Below are positions 10,300 through 23,789 of a DNA stretch of 64,000 nt, piece after piece. A program made the translations under genes and the position numbers. The stretch is taken from contig NC_088795.1 of NCBI RefSeq assembly GCF_011386835.1, forward strand, positions 30,132,001 through 30,196,000, in the 5' to 3' direction. Positions within the stretch are counted from its first letter, which is position 1, and every line of letters begins with the position of its first letter. This stretch comes from Chrysemys picta bellii (taxonomy: Eukaryota). The notes below the pieces were generated by a model, which made no database searches, was not told where the DNA came from, and saw only the letters and a list, made by a program, of their open reading frames with translations.

Positions 10300-11660
10300 A
10301 AATCTGTTACTGCTACCACTTACAGGATCTGCTTCTTAGAGATCAAGCGGTGGAAATGCATGCTATTAGTTTAGCAGATCCCCTCACATTCAGTCCTGAT
10401 GCCAGCCAAGAGCAAGGCCATTTCACAAGTAGATCCTTCTTGAAGTCAGTAGCATTTGACGTAGGCAAAGGGTTATTCCCACAGGGCCTACTTGCAGAAG
10501 CAGGGCCCAGTTTCTGTTTACGGTGCTCACTCATAGAGAAATGATCAAATTGCATGTACCACCATTTACGTTTGTGCAAGTACAGCCTGGACTCCAGACT
10601 TTAAAACTGTCTCATGACACACTGTCTGCTGGGCACTTTGGCCAGTCTAAAATGCAGGGCTTGATTTCATAGAGTTTCTCATGGCCAAGTTTGAGTTCTC
10701 GTGACCGGGTACTATGTGTAGCACCGTGGTCACTGGGTTTGCTTCAGCACTGGGAAGAGTGCAGGATTCATTGAAGCCAATTATACACTTTCTATTGTGG
10801 GATTGTGCATACCTGGTTGATAATCTTTGGGCTAATGAGGTAATTGGATGGAACAGGAAGCAAGAGGCAGCTCAGAAGGGTTGCTCAGAGGGTGAGCCTG
10901 GGCTGCGGAATGAAGGTGTCATGGAAGTCTCCCCTGGCTGTAAGCCTGCATTACACTGTGTTACTTTGTAAAAAAGAATAAATACACACCTTGGTGAAAG
11001 ATAATAACCTGGTGTGTGTTTGGGCCCATGCAAGCACACATACTGAGCAGGCAGTGAAGTACACCAGATAGTGATAGCTCTTATTTCAAGAAATACATTA
11101 AATTCTGTGACCTTTGGCTCACAGAAGAACCCATGCTCAAAGTCACTTGGTCTTCTCCAGCCCTTGCTCACCCCACTCCATCCTTGGTCCACCGTGTCTC
11201 TAGATTTTCTTGTGGAGCTGCCCTGCTGTCATGGGTGCATGGTGGTGCTAGTCATGGTCAACCTCCTGACCAAGATGGCACAATTTGTTTCTGGCCACAA
11301 AATCCCTACCACCCAGGAAAAAGTGTGCCTCTTTTCTAGTTCCATGAACTGCCAACCAGTATCGTGTCAGACCGAGACCCACACTTCATCTCCCATTTTT
11401 GGCTTGAATTTTTTAAGCTCCTTAGCGTGGAGCCCCCTCAGGCTAATGGGCAGATGGAATGGGTCAATCAAGTCCTGGAGCAGTATCCCTATTGTTCCCT
11501 GAACTACCAACAAGGTGACCCTATGCGGATTTTGCTTACAATAATTCAACCCAGGCCACAGCACGATAGAGCCTGTTCTATGTCAGTTATGGCTTCCATC
11601 CACGCTTTCACTGAGCCTCACCCACAGATTCCCCCATACCTGCAGCCATATTAAAAAAGC
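10300..11660 (+). mobile_element. Degraded Ty3/Gypsy pol (integrase) fragment
   Basis: Zinc-finger half LKLSHDTLSAGHFGQSK..SFSWP (10595-10693), then KYIKFCDL, GLLQPLLTPLHPWSTVSLDFLVELP, SDRDPHFISHFW and QANGQMEWVNQVLEQY. Confidence 0.88.
10715..11040 (+). mobile_element. Probable solo LTR inserted into the Gypsy integrase
   Basis: TG..CA ends (tgtgtagc..cacaca), AATAAA at 10977, and flanks TACTA/TACTG. It separates the HH and CC halves of the integrase zinc finger. Confidence 0.5.
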
Positions 11661-13754
11661 ATAACTTTAGAAGCAGCCGGAAACAAGACTCACTGGACCA
11701 GAGAAATATGTGACTAATCAGCTTTTCCATAGATCACCAATAAGTGCTCTGCAGACCACAATTTGGGATTTGTTGATTTAGAGGCAATGAACATAGGACC
11801 CCATTATACCATTTATACACAGCCACTTTTCAGAGTAGGACCAGGCTTTGAAGGATGATGGTCAGATGCTCAGCTGGTGTAAATTGGCATTGCTTCATTG
11901 ACTTCCACAGAGCTGTGATAATTTATACAAGTTGAGTATCTTGATCCTGTGTCTCCCAGCAGATGAAAGTAAAAGATCTGTAATTTAATGTTTTTATGAC
12001 CCTTCAGCTAGGAGACTCCCCTCATTATTTTTTAAAATTGTTATGAGTTCTAATAAGGTTTCTCTTAATTTCATGTAATTTTTTGCCAGATTATACTGAA
12101 CATGCAAACTTTTATACTGAACGCTCCACTAAACGTACTGCATCTTTAATAAACAGTGGAGTGTATCTCTGCTTGTTGTTTAATGCACACCAGTGTAAAT
12201 ATTCTGTCTTTCTATGAAAAGTTCATCAAAAGACGAAGCTGCAGAGTGGTGCCAAATAGCGCTTTGTCCAGATGGTGCGCATTCCCTGTGTGCTCCCTCT
12301 CCATTCCTTAAATTCTTAATATTCCTTACCAGGTTATTTCAATATGTTTCCAGCTATGTGCTGTCAAAACAATTGTTAACTAAATGTATTAAGGGATTTT
12401 ATTTTTATTTTACAGTGAAATTGCAGTGCTCATTATAAGTGCCAGATTAACAGTCCTGCAACCCAATTTTCTCAATTTATCCTCACAACAGGTGCAAGCT
12501 TTCCCACAATGCCCAGCAGTGTGCCCCAACTCAGACTTTTGAGGACTGCCTAAAGGGTCGAGGGGATACATTTAGTATCCCTCATTGACCAGTCACTTAC
12601 CTCCTTGCTGAACCTACCAATGAGGGCGCTAATTGTCATCAGTGTTGTTTGTTATGTGGACACCTGGTCCAGCAGGAACTAGAATGAAGCCACAAACTTG
12701 TTTCATATGTGTCGTTAAAGAGCTCTCAGGGGGCAAAGGCTTTTACTATTCTGCTTCACCCAACCAGTGACATGGTGTAGTCTGTCTCTCATTACATATC
12801 CCTGGAGCCGTATACATGAAATAGTATGTCATTTCCCCCCCCCAAGTACATGAAAACATTTTAGCATCTAAAAGTGGCTATCCCTGGGACAAATTTCAAG
12901 CCAAAAAGTCAGTAGTGGAACAATATTCCAAAATCTATTCCAGAATAGAGTACAAGTTGCACTCTAGCATCTCATTTAAATCATATGAATTTGCACTACA
13001 TGCAGCAACCAGTGGGTGGGTTTTTGGGGAACAGGACTATTCCATATAAGGAATAGGCAGTGTTTACCCAAATGCTGTAAAAATCCCTCATTTCCAGCAC
13101 CTCAGAGACTCAAGAAACAACAGATTTCTTGTAACTATAGCAATCAATTCCAGTGTGAGAGATCTCTATTATACTAAGCACTGAGATTGTTTAATGCTCT
13201 AGTAGTTTTACTGGCTAGAATGGGGATTTTTTATTCTGCTTGTAAACTGGTATGCTAACTTTATTGGCTAGATTGGTAAACTAAGATTAGATTTTAGATA
13301 AGCAAACTTTGGGGCATTAAGAAATCTACTGAAAAGGTGTAATGGGAGGAAATATTTTTAGAATGCACTACTGTGATTGAAAGCTGAGGAATCCATCTGA
13401 GGCAAAAAAAAGGGTGCAGTTTCATCAGTCCTCTGGGAGAAAAAATGCTACTTTGTATTAAATAATTAAATATTAATTGGGCTAGAGTGAGAAAGACACA
13501 TAACCCTGTGGCTAGGGCACTCGCATGAGAGGTGGAAGACCCCTGTTCAAGTCCCTTTGCCTCATCAAGCACAGTGGGGAATGGCCATTTTGAGTAGAGT
13601 TAGACATGCTCCGAGCACCCCTAGTGGATTGAGTCCCAGAAGTGAGATAGGCAAGGGGAAGGCCTATCTTGACCGTCTTTGAAGATCGCGCTGGCACTTA
13701 GGTGTGAGGATAAATACTCAGATGTCTGCCTCAGGCAGTAGGATGCATGCCCAG

Positions 13755-13879
13755 TAGGGTGACCAGACAGCAAGTGTGAAAAAATCGGGACAGGGGATGG
13801 GGGGTAATAGGAGCCTATATAAGAAAAAGACCCAAAGATCAGGACTGTCCCTATAAAATCGGGACATCTGGTCACTCTA
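13755..13879. mobile_element. hAT Blackjack-like MITE (125 bp)
   Basis: TIRs TAGGGTGACCAGA / TCTGGTCACTCTA, with a perfect 8-bp TSD ATGCCCAG (13747-13754 and 13880-13887). Confidence 0.93.
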
Positions 13880-14256
13880 ATGCCCAGAGGTGAAAACGTA
13901 GGTGCCCAGGGAACTTTTACAGTGGAAATTTAGGCACAGAGTGAATTTGGGCATCTACAGAGTTAAGACAGCAGACAAGAGGGAGTTTTGTGAATTGCAA
14001 TAGCACCTAAATTGGGGACATAGGCACCTAAATCTGGGGGTGCAAGTTCCTAAGTCCTTTTGTGGATCCATATCCCAAATAAGACATAATTTTGTTTTCT
14101 TTCTGATCCATCTGCAAGTACTGTATGCCTTTAACTGTGTCTCAGCATAAGTGACCACATGCTAGCAATAATATTTGTGGAGAGGAATAGGAGTAATTTG
14201 AAACTAAGAATTGCTGAAACTTCCCATTTTCTCACTTTTTGAACTGCTTTGGAAGG

Positions 14257-14510
14257 TGTGATGAGGTGTGTACTTCACACAGGCTCTGAAGGGGTTAGTG
14301 TGGGCCTAAGAGGCCAAATAACATACCTGGCAGCACCTGAGAAAGAGAGAGAGGGAGGCTTAATGGATGACCAAAGCCCAACTGGGATGAAGCTGGGTGG
14401 TGCTTATAAAGCTAGGAAGTTTGTTGCACAAAGAGGCTCAGGGGATTTGGAAAGATGTAGCTGGCTCTCTTGCTGGGGCTGAAGTGGAAAGCTGGTCAGG
14501 CTAAACTGCT
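14257..14510 (+). mobile_element. 5' part of a Gypsy-type LTR
   Basis: Starts TGTGATGAGG; gaaggggttagtgtgggcc..gcacctg..tataaagctaggaag resembles turtle LTR U3 regions. No 3' end is visible. Confidence 0.5.
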
Positions 14511-14519
14511 GGTCAGGGG

Positions 14520-16860
14520 GGAGATGGAAGTGATAACAAATGATACTCAAACCAGGCTAGAAAATGTGGATAGGGAAAGCATTAAGAAAAACTGGATGAA
14601 AACAAGGAAAAAGAAAAGGATAGATTCTTTAGAACCAGCAGAAAGAACATCAAGTGGGAAGGCAGGAATGGGCCATGGGGGGAAATTATGTAACAGTAAA
14701 ATCCCTAGCTAAAGAGAAAGGTAGGGTATGTCAACCACCTGATGATTGTTGAATGGTTCAAAAAAAGTGTTGGAGATATTGTAAGAGCTGGGAAACTACC
14801 TGGAGGAGTCTTGTTAGTGGAATGCAAAAACAAAGAATAAGTAGGGCAGCTCCTTAAGACAAAGGTGCTAAGAAAGCTAAAAATGAACTGTTAGCTACCT
14901 GGATTCCTAACTGAAACAAACAGGGTAGATGCTACAGGTGTTAAAGATTTGGTCACATAGCAAATAATTGCAAAGGGAAATTAATGTGCAGCAAGGTCTC
15001 TGGAGGAGACCATTCATATGATAATTATGAGGAAGGGACAGAACAAAAATGTAACTGTGAAGGAAAACACAGCTCAGCATATGGAGAATGTACCAAGGCA
15101 AAGCAAGTTAAAGGAATATAAAAACAAAATCATTAACATCTCATATGCAGAAGCGTTAGGAGACACCTGGAGGGACAAATAATACCCAGTTGGGGGCAGT
15201 GATTAGCAAGCAACAAAATACTGAGAAGAAAGTAATGAGTGCCATTGGGGTAAAATGAGATGATATACTACTTATAGAAAAAGAAATTGCATCTGTGACT
15301 GAAGTCATACATTGTACTTCTTTCAGACAGGAAAGAAAATAGAAAATGAGACTTATAGTTAAAGCTGCTGAAAAGTACCTATGAAGTAGCAATCTATCAG
15401 AGGAACATCTCCATACTTTCCTAAGTGAAGGAAGTATTGAAGGTTACAAGAAGGGGGGTGACTATTTTTATCTGGAATGCACATAGTCTTATCGCACATG
15501 GGCAGGAATTAAAGAAATGTTATTGATATGAAAACAAAGCCTGATATACTATGCATAAAAATGACTGAGCTCATAGAAAAACTAAAATCACACATATAGA
15601 TATGCTAGAGAAATAGGAAAGGGTGGGGGTGTCTGCACGTTTGTTAAGGAGAATCTAAACTGCCTTGATTTAGAGTTAAAAAGTTAAATATCAAGTATAA
15701 TGCTGTTGAGATACTGATACAAAACATTTCTGCATCTCTCAAACTATATGTTTATAACCTCTGCAGAAAACTAGAGACTATAGAACTGAAAGAATTAACT
15801 GCTCATACATTATCTGCAGTGATCTGAACAATCACAATGGACTGTGGGAAAGTTGGAAAATTATAAGAATGGAAAATGTCCTACAGCAATTTTTTGAAGA
15901 TAATAATTTAGTAATATTACATGATGGAAGACCTACCAGGTTCACTGCAGCAGACTGAAGCCTTTCTTGCCGAGACCTGGGAATAGCTTTTAGTAACGTA
16001 ACAAGCAAATGTATCTAGGAAATTTACAGAGAGGAGGGAATGGGTAGGGACCAGTTTCTGACATTCATTACATATCAAAAAAGAGAAAATACAAAGATGA
16101 GACTAATACCCCCACTTGGAACATGAAAAAAGCAAATTGGAAACTCTTTAACATGAGGAACATGTGGGCAAGCAGTGTATAAGTGAGGATACTGAGAAAT
16201 TCTGTAGTAATATTACTAAGGAAATTATAAAGACAGCCAGCCTGGATACACCTAGGATACCAACCTTTATAAAAGATAGAAAAGCATACTGTGGTGGAAC
16301 AAGATATACCTATCTCATAGAGCTGGAAGAGACCTTGAAAGGTCATCAAGTCCAGCCCCCTGCCTTCACTAGCAGGACCAAGTACTGATTTTTGCCCCAG
16401 ATCCCTAAGCGGCCCCCTCAAGGATTGAACTCACAACTCTGGGTTTAGTAGGCCAATGCTCAAACCACTGAGCTATCCCTCCCCCTTAAGGAATGTGACC
16501 AGTTAATTAAGGAAAGGAACAAGGCATATAAGAAACAAAAAGCAATAAATGGTGAGGACTTAATGACATATTAAAAAAAAGTAAGGCACTTGCACATAGA
16601 GCTATAAAAAGGGCAAAAAGAGAAAGCTGGAGGAAATACTGTGGAAAAGTACGTAAAGATATCAATACATCAGAGGTACACAAACAGTTTCAGAAAGTGA
16701 ATGGAATAAGAATAAGAGCAACACAGTATGAAGCCTTGCAGTAGAAGGCCATAGAGTAATAAGCTCGAACAAAGAAAAAGCAGAAATTTTGGCCACCATG
16801 TTTCAAAAAGTCAGTTATGATGAGGCTCAGGGGATAGAAATTATGGAAAGAAAAATTTTT
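14520..16860 (+). mobile_element. I-superfamily (Nimb-like) LINE relic: ORF1, ORF2 endonuclease and pre-RT region
   Basis: ORF1 zinc knuckle CYRC*RFGHIANNC (14930-14971) plus CNCEGKHSSAYGEC. Endonuclease motifs IWNAHSLIAHGQELKK (15470), PDILCI, GGGVCTFVKE, ICSDLNNHNGLW, LVILHDGRPTRF and MGRDQFL. Then WNMKKANW, LWWNK-ECDQLIKERNKAY, AIKRAKRESWRKYC and SSNKEKAEILA. All are collinear, with many stops and frameshifts. Confidence 0.82.
16302..16483 (-). mobile_element. Second turtle tRNA/CR1 SINE, inserted in the LINE relic
   Basis: Near-identical to 944-1134. It interrupts the LINE frame between WWNK and ECDQL. Confidence 0.9.
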
Positions 16861-16934
16861 GAATTGCTCCACTCCAGCTCCGGGCAAAAACCTACTGGTC
16901 CGGGCTCCAGCTCCGGGCTCCGCTCCAAGCCCTG
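16860..16934. mobile_element. Terminal fragment of a hAT-type element
   Basis: Subterminal ctccagctccgggc repeats end in ctccgctccaagccctg (a CAGGG-type TIR in reverse). It truncates the LINE. Confidence 0.5.
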
Positions 16935-16939
16935 CTTGG

Positions 16940-17524
16940 AACGGCCACAGAGAGCAGTGCACTGTGGTAGCTATCCCAGCATGCAAGTGGCTGAAAATGG
17001 GGGGGTAGGATGGGGTGGAGGGTGACAGGGAGTGTGTTGTGTGTATGTGGGGGGAGAGAGAGTGGGTTTTTGGGGGGCTGAGAGCATGTCAGCATGCTGT
17101 CTTGTAAGTTCAGACAGCAGCAGATCCCCTCTTCCCCCTGCCCCTCTCTCTCTCTCACACACAACATTCCACAGTAATGGTTGCTTTGTCTCGGAGCAGA
17201 TAAGCAGCCGGCTGTCAGAAACGGAGCTTACAAAGGGGATATGGGCATTCCTGCAGCGATTACAAAACAATGGCAAGAGTTGCCACTTGACTTAAGGGGA
17301 TTATGGGACGTTTCCGGAGGCTGATCAGAGCGCAGTAATGCAACACCTCGTTCACACTGACGCCCGGGCATTTCAGCCAACGCGCACTAAGCGAGGGGGA
17401 GTACCAGGAGCGCTCTAGCCCTGGAGTCAGAGCGCTCTACGTGCCTTGCCAGTGTGGACGGGTAGTCAGCTAGGGTGCCCGGGGCTGCTTTAATGCGCTC
17501 TAACTCACAAGTGTAGCCAAGCCC
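16940..17524. mobile_element. PIF/Harbinger non-autonomous element, one end preserved
   Basis: Right end agtgtagccaagccc, with internal ggtagctatcccag and gagcgctc motifs typical of this family. Confidence 0.68.
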
Positions 17525-20500
17525 ATAGAAGCTGCAGAGCAAGAGTTCTTGGGGTGGTCTCTTGCCTAGCAAGTAATTAGCACCCAGGAATTTAATGTCA
17601 CATTCTATTGATTAATCAATCCACTTGACTGTTTTCCCCAGTATTCTCTTATTGCTGGAAAACCCCATAAGCTATTATTATATAAGGTTCTGGTAGTACT
17701 TTACAACCAAATTTGTCATCTTGTATCTGACAGATTCTGACAGAGTATGATAGCAAATTGGAAATAGAATTGCTAATGAGTTTTGGATTAATGTTTTCAC
17801 ATTGTCATTATTCGGTGATATACCTTTTAATATTTTTTATGCTTTTGATCTGAGAAAAACTAAGGATGCTCTTGACTAATTAATTACATAGTTACATGAG
17901 ACAACGGATGACAATCTGTGTAAGTTGAGATGAACAATTATGACACTATTTTTTTTCAGCAAGTGTGCTTTGGCCTTCTGCAAACAATATTACTGATATA
18001 GTAATTCTATATCAGATGACGTCTGCAACTATTTTGAAGATGTCTTTTTAGCTGCTTGAAATTCTGTTAATAAGTGGTTGCTAGACCAGTATTTATGATC
18101 TGTGTGTTTATTTTAAAGAAATTACTTATTTTTGTTGTAGATTCATATAGGGCTAGATTGTGTCTTTAGGCACAGTGCATACCAGCTGCAAATTACACCC
18201 TCCCCAACCTGCTCAGCTGTGTTAGATAGTTTATTCGTTTTCTTGATGACTTATTCCTGTGCACTTGGATCCAAGGTCCAGGTAGCCTATGCAGGACTAT
18301 GAGGGGGGATGCTGAGTACCCATTATTTCTGTCGATGGGTGTGTCCCCCAAGCAAGTGTCTAGCCCTCACTATTCATAACTTTTCATTCACCCTAGTTGA
18401 TTTCACTTTGTGAACCCCAAGATTTTTAAAATTTTATTTTAATATTTTAAACGTGCAAATTTTCCCACTGGGCTTATGAATGTTAGAGACCAGTGACCTT
18501 ATGCAAAATTCACTTTTTTTTTGTTAGCCTTCCACTGATGACCTCTACCCTAGCTTCCATTCCAAGGCAGTGTTCCAAATGTTAATAACAAACTAAATAT
18601 ATGAAAGAACAAAACAAAAGAAACCAAAAATATCTAACAAGATATGAACATAACAGTCAGTATAACTCATGACCCCTAACTGTGTCAACCCTTATTCTTC
18701 CATATTCCCTGCTTGCTGTCCTCTGTTTACTGACATCTCTTGCTGTATTTTGTCTAATTTAGATTTTAATCTCCCCCAGGTAGGAGACTTGTCAGTTTTA
18801 TTTTTCTAAATGCCATGCACACCCGGGATGATCTTTAAGTAATAAAATAATTACACTAAGTAAAGCTAGAAATAATTCTGTACATACATCTAGCTATGCA
18901 CCATAACTCTGAGTTGTAACCTACCCCTACTATTTCATTGTTGGCCTTCTCTTGATCAGATGCAGTCATTGTAGTTAATTGTGTGATTGTTTTATGATGT
19001 GACCAGATATTCAGTAAGGATAAGTTTGAAACTAACAAACTTATTCCGATCGGTGACCTAGTTAAGATGTGAACGTTGATATTAAGAAGTAAAATCCTGG
19101 TGTATAAATTAACTCACACTATCATTTAGCCCTGTATTCCAGTGTAGCATTTTTTTCAAATTTTGTGATTAGTAATTGTCAATGTTTCCTAAGCAATGCA
19201 GTTCTTGTTATAGGTAGCCTGCTAAGAACAGACTCAGTGAAGTTGACAAATAAATGCAACTTGAATAGCCATGATCAAGCTGATTTCAGATGAATGATAT
19301 CCACCGTTTTGTCTCCTTCTGCTGCATCATGTGTATATTTTACTGAAAGTGTTGAATAGGTGACATTATGCTGATTTTCTGACTCAGTCACATTCATCCT
19401 CAAGAGCACAATTTCATGAAAGTTGCCTCATTCATATCAATAATGGATTATTGTAAAAATCAACACAAATTGTATATATGTCATCAGTGATTTTTTTTTT
19501 GTCTTTAGACATGGTGTCGCTAACAAAACAATCAGTAATTTTCTTGTCTTAGCCTCCTATTTTAGACAGCTAAAGAGGAAAATAAGATTAGAGACATTTA
19601 ACTAAATTCATCAAAGTTTACATCTCTCATAATGGAGCTTTTTTTCTCTCTGAGGTGACTATATTGTTAATCATGCCATAATTCTATTGTTTTCAAGATG
19701 TCATCACTGAGTACATTTTTGATCTTTCAAAGTTCAAATGTAGTTGCCTATGTCAATCCCTTATTTCAGTTTTGCATTAGAAATTGAGCAAATCTTAGGG
19801 AGCCAAATTCCAACTCCTCCTTTAGTCTGCAGCCACTGTGCAAACAGAATACAATAACCAGGGTCCTGTGTACATTCTCCAACTCCTATTGGCCAAAGAA
19901 TTCGCTGTGGAAAGTCCCCTTTGCCATAGAATTGTGCTCCAGAATCTCAGATTTCATTTTTTAAAGTATTTTCTAGTCTGTAGGCTGTTCAAGTTTTCAA
20001 GGTTGAAATAGTGTAATATTTCCTGCCTGCATCTGCAGAGCCTGAAACAATAACTTGAACACGTGTGAACTGTCCCGTTCATCTCAATCAGGGTCCTGTG
20101 GATTCTGTAATTCTGCAACCCTGTCATTTGGCACTTTTCCAAGGTGTCACTGCAGTCATGCTTTGAAGTATTTGTTTTCTGTTTCTCTTCCCTGCTGGAA
20201 TCTGCCTACATCTGCTTTTTTGCTCTCCAGCTTCCCTTACATGAGAAAGTGAATTGGATTACAATGCATGCTTAAAAGAATGCCAGACATGTTATGGAAA
20301 TGCAGCTAGGGCATCTAAACAATTTTAACTGTCTTGTAGTGACACCTGAGGGGGGTTCGGAGGGGAGAGAGTTAAAACAAATATAATGTTTCTTTAGAGA
20401 TCAGTGTAATCTAATCTGAGATTACAAACTCTGAAATGTCTTAGTCATAAACATATGGTTAACGCATAATGTGACTATAGGGCAGAGTTAAGGTTATTTA

Positions 20501-21129
20501 GGTACACTACCTGTGCATTTTCATGCTTATTATGTTTGTATTTCTTTTTAAATTGAACCTGGAAAACTGAATTTTCAGGGTTTATAATGCTTTTGGTGGG
20601 GGTGATTATAACATTCCTGTAATGCATTGTACCCTAAACTAGTTACAGGTACTCTCAATCTTAACTCCATTTTGACATAGTTTTTCTCTGGGATATATGT
20701 ATTTATGTATTGTATGTAAAGTGTATTGGTTTTTCATTTATAGTTTAAGTTGGATTTCTGTTTTTTGACATACATGCACTACACATAGGCCTTAATCAGC
20801 CATAATATGAATATACATTGAAAAGATGTACACATATACATCTTCTTAGTATTTTAGAGATCATTGTAGGTACAGGTTGGATAAATAAGTGTAATGGAAG
20901 TGCATAGCTTCTTATAATTACCCGAAGCAGAGAGGCTCAGAAAATAGACACCCTGCCTTGGATGGAAATAAATTATGATATCTTGGTCATCAAAATGAGG
21001 GTTTGTTTTACTGATGCCCTTTGCACCTTTTTATTCTTCTTTATGTGGGAAAGGACAGAATAATCTTCCTCTGTCACACAAGCAAGCCCTTTCCCATATA
21101 GTACTTCAACCGTATACCAGATGTTACAA

Positions 21130-21751
21130 CAGGGGTGGGCAAACTAAGGCCCGAGGGCCGCATCCGGCCCTCAGATGTTTAAATCTGGCCCTCGAGTTCC
21201 CACTAGGGAGCAGGGTCGGGGGCTTGCCCCACTCTGTGCAGCTCCTGGAAGCAGCAACATATGCGCCCTCCAGTTCCTAGGCACAAGGGCAGCAAGGGGG
21301 CTTTGCACGCTGCTCCCACCACAAGTGCAGCCCCTGCAGCTCCCATTGGCCAGGAACAGTGGCCAATGGGAGCTGCAGAGGCAACACCTGCAGACGGGGC
21401 AGCACGCAGAGCCGTCTGGCCACGCCTTCGTATAGGAGCCGGAGGAGGGACATACCGCTGCTTCTGGGTGCTGCTTGAGGTAAGCGCTGCCCGGAGTCTG
21501 CACCCCTGACCCCCTCCTGTGCCTCAACCCCATGCCTCAGCCCTGATCCCCCTCCCATCCTCCAAACTCATCGATCCCAGCCCAGAGCACCCTTCTGCAC
21601 CAGCAACCCCTCATCCCCAGCGCCTGCACCCCCAGCTGGAGCTCCTGCCCCCCCCCGCATTCCAACTCCCAATTTCGTGAGCATTCATGACCTACCATAC
21701 AATTTCCATACCTAGATGTGGCCCTCGGGCCAAAAAGTTTGCCCACCCCTG
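21130..21751. mobile_element. hAT (Charlie-like) MITE
   Basis: TIRs CAGGGGTGGGCAAACT / AGTTTGCCCACCCCTG, with a perfect 8-bp TSD TGTTACAA. Confidence 0.94.
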
Positions 21752-22421
21752 TGTTACAACATATGGGTGGTAGACTAAATTGCTTGATTCATCTCTGTAC
21801 ATGTCCATTGTATATATAGCATTATGCTTAGACATCTTTTCAGTCATTCCAAAAATTGGACTAATTTGTTTTCACTTACTTCGCCCACACTGAGCGTTTG
21901 TTGCCAGCTGAAATCATTTCAGCAAGATGCAGAGTGGTTTTAACGATTTTACTTTCAACAGCTGGAAGACTAATTCCATTTCTGATTACTCCAGCATTTC
22001 AAAGCTCAGCAGAAATCTCAAAGCCTATCAGTTAAAGTACTTCCCAATCAGGGATATTGTTGAGAGTACCCATCCTGGACTCACTTCATTTCCCCTATTG
22101 ATGATTTTGCTAGAAACTCTGCTCTTAATTCTCATACCCCAAGCTATTGATTTAACAATGCTGGTAGAAAATAGAGTACAGATGCCTTTTTATGCAGTAA
22201 TAATCACAACTTCACCTCTATGTTGTGGTTACTCTATTGTTCCCTACTTTAAAAAGAAAAAATCCTTTGAACACCAATAACCCTATACATACAAATAGGA
22301 GAAAACGCCCACAATGGAGAAAATACTGCAGTTGGATTAGGTGGGCTCTATGGAGATAAAGGTATGAGAGTCAGAGAGGTGAAATCTAACCCCCTAAACT
22401 GAAGCTACAGATGGGTCTCAA

Positions 22422-22627
22422 TAGGGCCACTTCTAGGGTGGGTAAGCAGGGCAGTCACCCTGAGTGCCAACATTCAGGGGGCTCCATACTACGCAGCTGG
22501 GTTTTTTGTTTTGTTTTTCTCAGCTGGACATTTTGATTCATTTGTTTTTTGCTCAGCTGCTTGTTTTGGGGGTGACACCAAAATCCATTTTCTGTCCTGG
22601 TCGGCAAAACCCCTAGGGCCATTCCTG
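22422..22627. mobile_element. Old hAT (Tip100-like) MITE
   Basis: Degenerate TIRs tagggccacttctaggg / ccctagggccattcctg; no TSD retained. Confidence 0.45.
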
Positions 22628-23789
22628 GGCATTGGTCCAGTTTTTTAGTGTATTCACAACACTTGTGCAGTGTGTTGGAATTGCATTCCCCAGAACATGA
22701 AGCTTGTGGCCACTCCCTTGGCTTGCTTCCATCAGCACCTTCCTTACCATTCTGTGCAAGGTCAATCTGAAGACCCATCCTGCAGTACAGAGGCACTCCC
22801 TTCATGACTTCCACTCCCCACACATGTGCAAAGCCCAGGTCGTGAGCTTAAATGGCACTGAGGCCTGGCCCGCTACATTATAAGTAAATGTCCCTAGTAA
22901 GAATAGATGCCTCTTAGATAATTCCATATGTTTGGTAACATAAAGATAACCCCACAGTAGCGTGTGTAAAAGTTTGGGGACAAATTCTGTCCCAAAATGC
23001 ACATGCACAGATTCTGTTTTCATCTACGGAAATGGGTGCGCTTAATGCAAGGACATAATTCTTCACTTTTATTGGACAAAGATAACTCCCTCTCCTCTGG
23101 TCCCTCCCCACACTTTATCCTTAGTCTCATTCACAAACGAGGAATTGCCATTTTGCTCCTCACAGGGCAAATCTGACAGCAACAGCAAGAAACTGCAATA
23201 ATTGCATTAATAGTGAGCAAGTCAGAATGTAACTCATGAATGTAATGATCAAACATACTCAAGAGCAAATTAACTTAAATAGATTAAAATATTATCCAAT
23301 AAAGTTCACAAAACAAACATATTAAAGGTTAATGCTAGGAAAAGCCATGCTTTAATCATCTTTGGTATAAGATACCTGAAAAAATAGTAACAAAAGAAAG
23401 ATCAATCAAGATGATATATAGCAAAGAGAGTTAAACTAAGGTTACCCAAAAATCTTTACAAAAAACTTTAAAATCCATTGGGCAAATATATTTGTATTAA
23501 CATCTAATATTACCTCCTTCTGGAAAAATTACATGAAGCAAATTATGAGCCTTTACTTAAAAGATTTTTAAATATTTAATGGCAGAAATGACCATTTTGG
23601 GTCTTCTTTCAAATCCTTCCAATAGAAATCCCTATAAAGATATTAGAATATTGCAGTTTTCTATTTTACAATATATTTAGTGTAATAAGATCATCAGGGT
23701 TAATTAAAGAAAATTATATAGTGTTGGTGGTATGTAATGTAATGGGCTTTGATAAGATTGTAAGATGGAGGTAGTCTTGAACACCAGAT

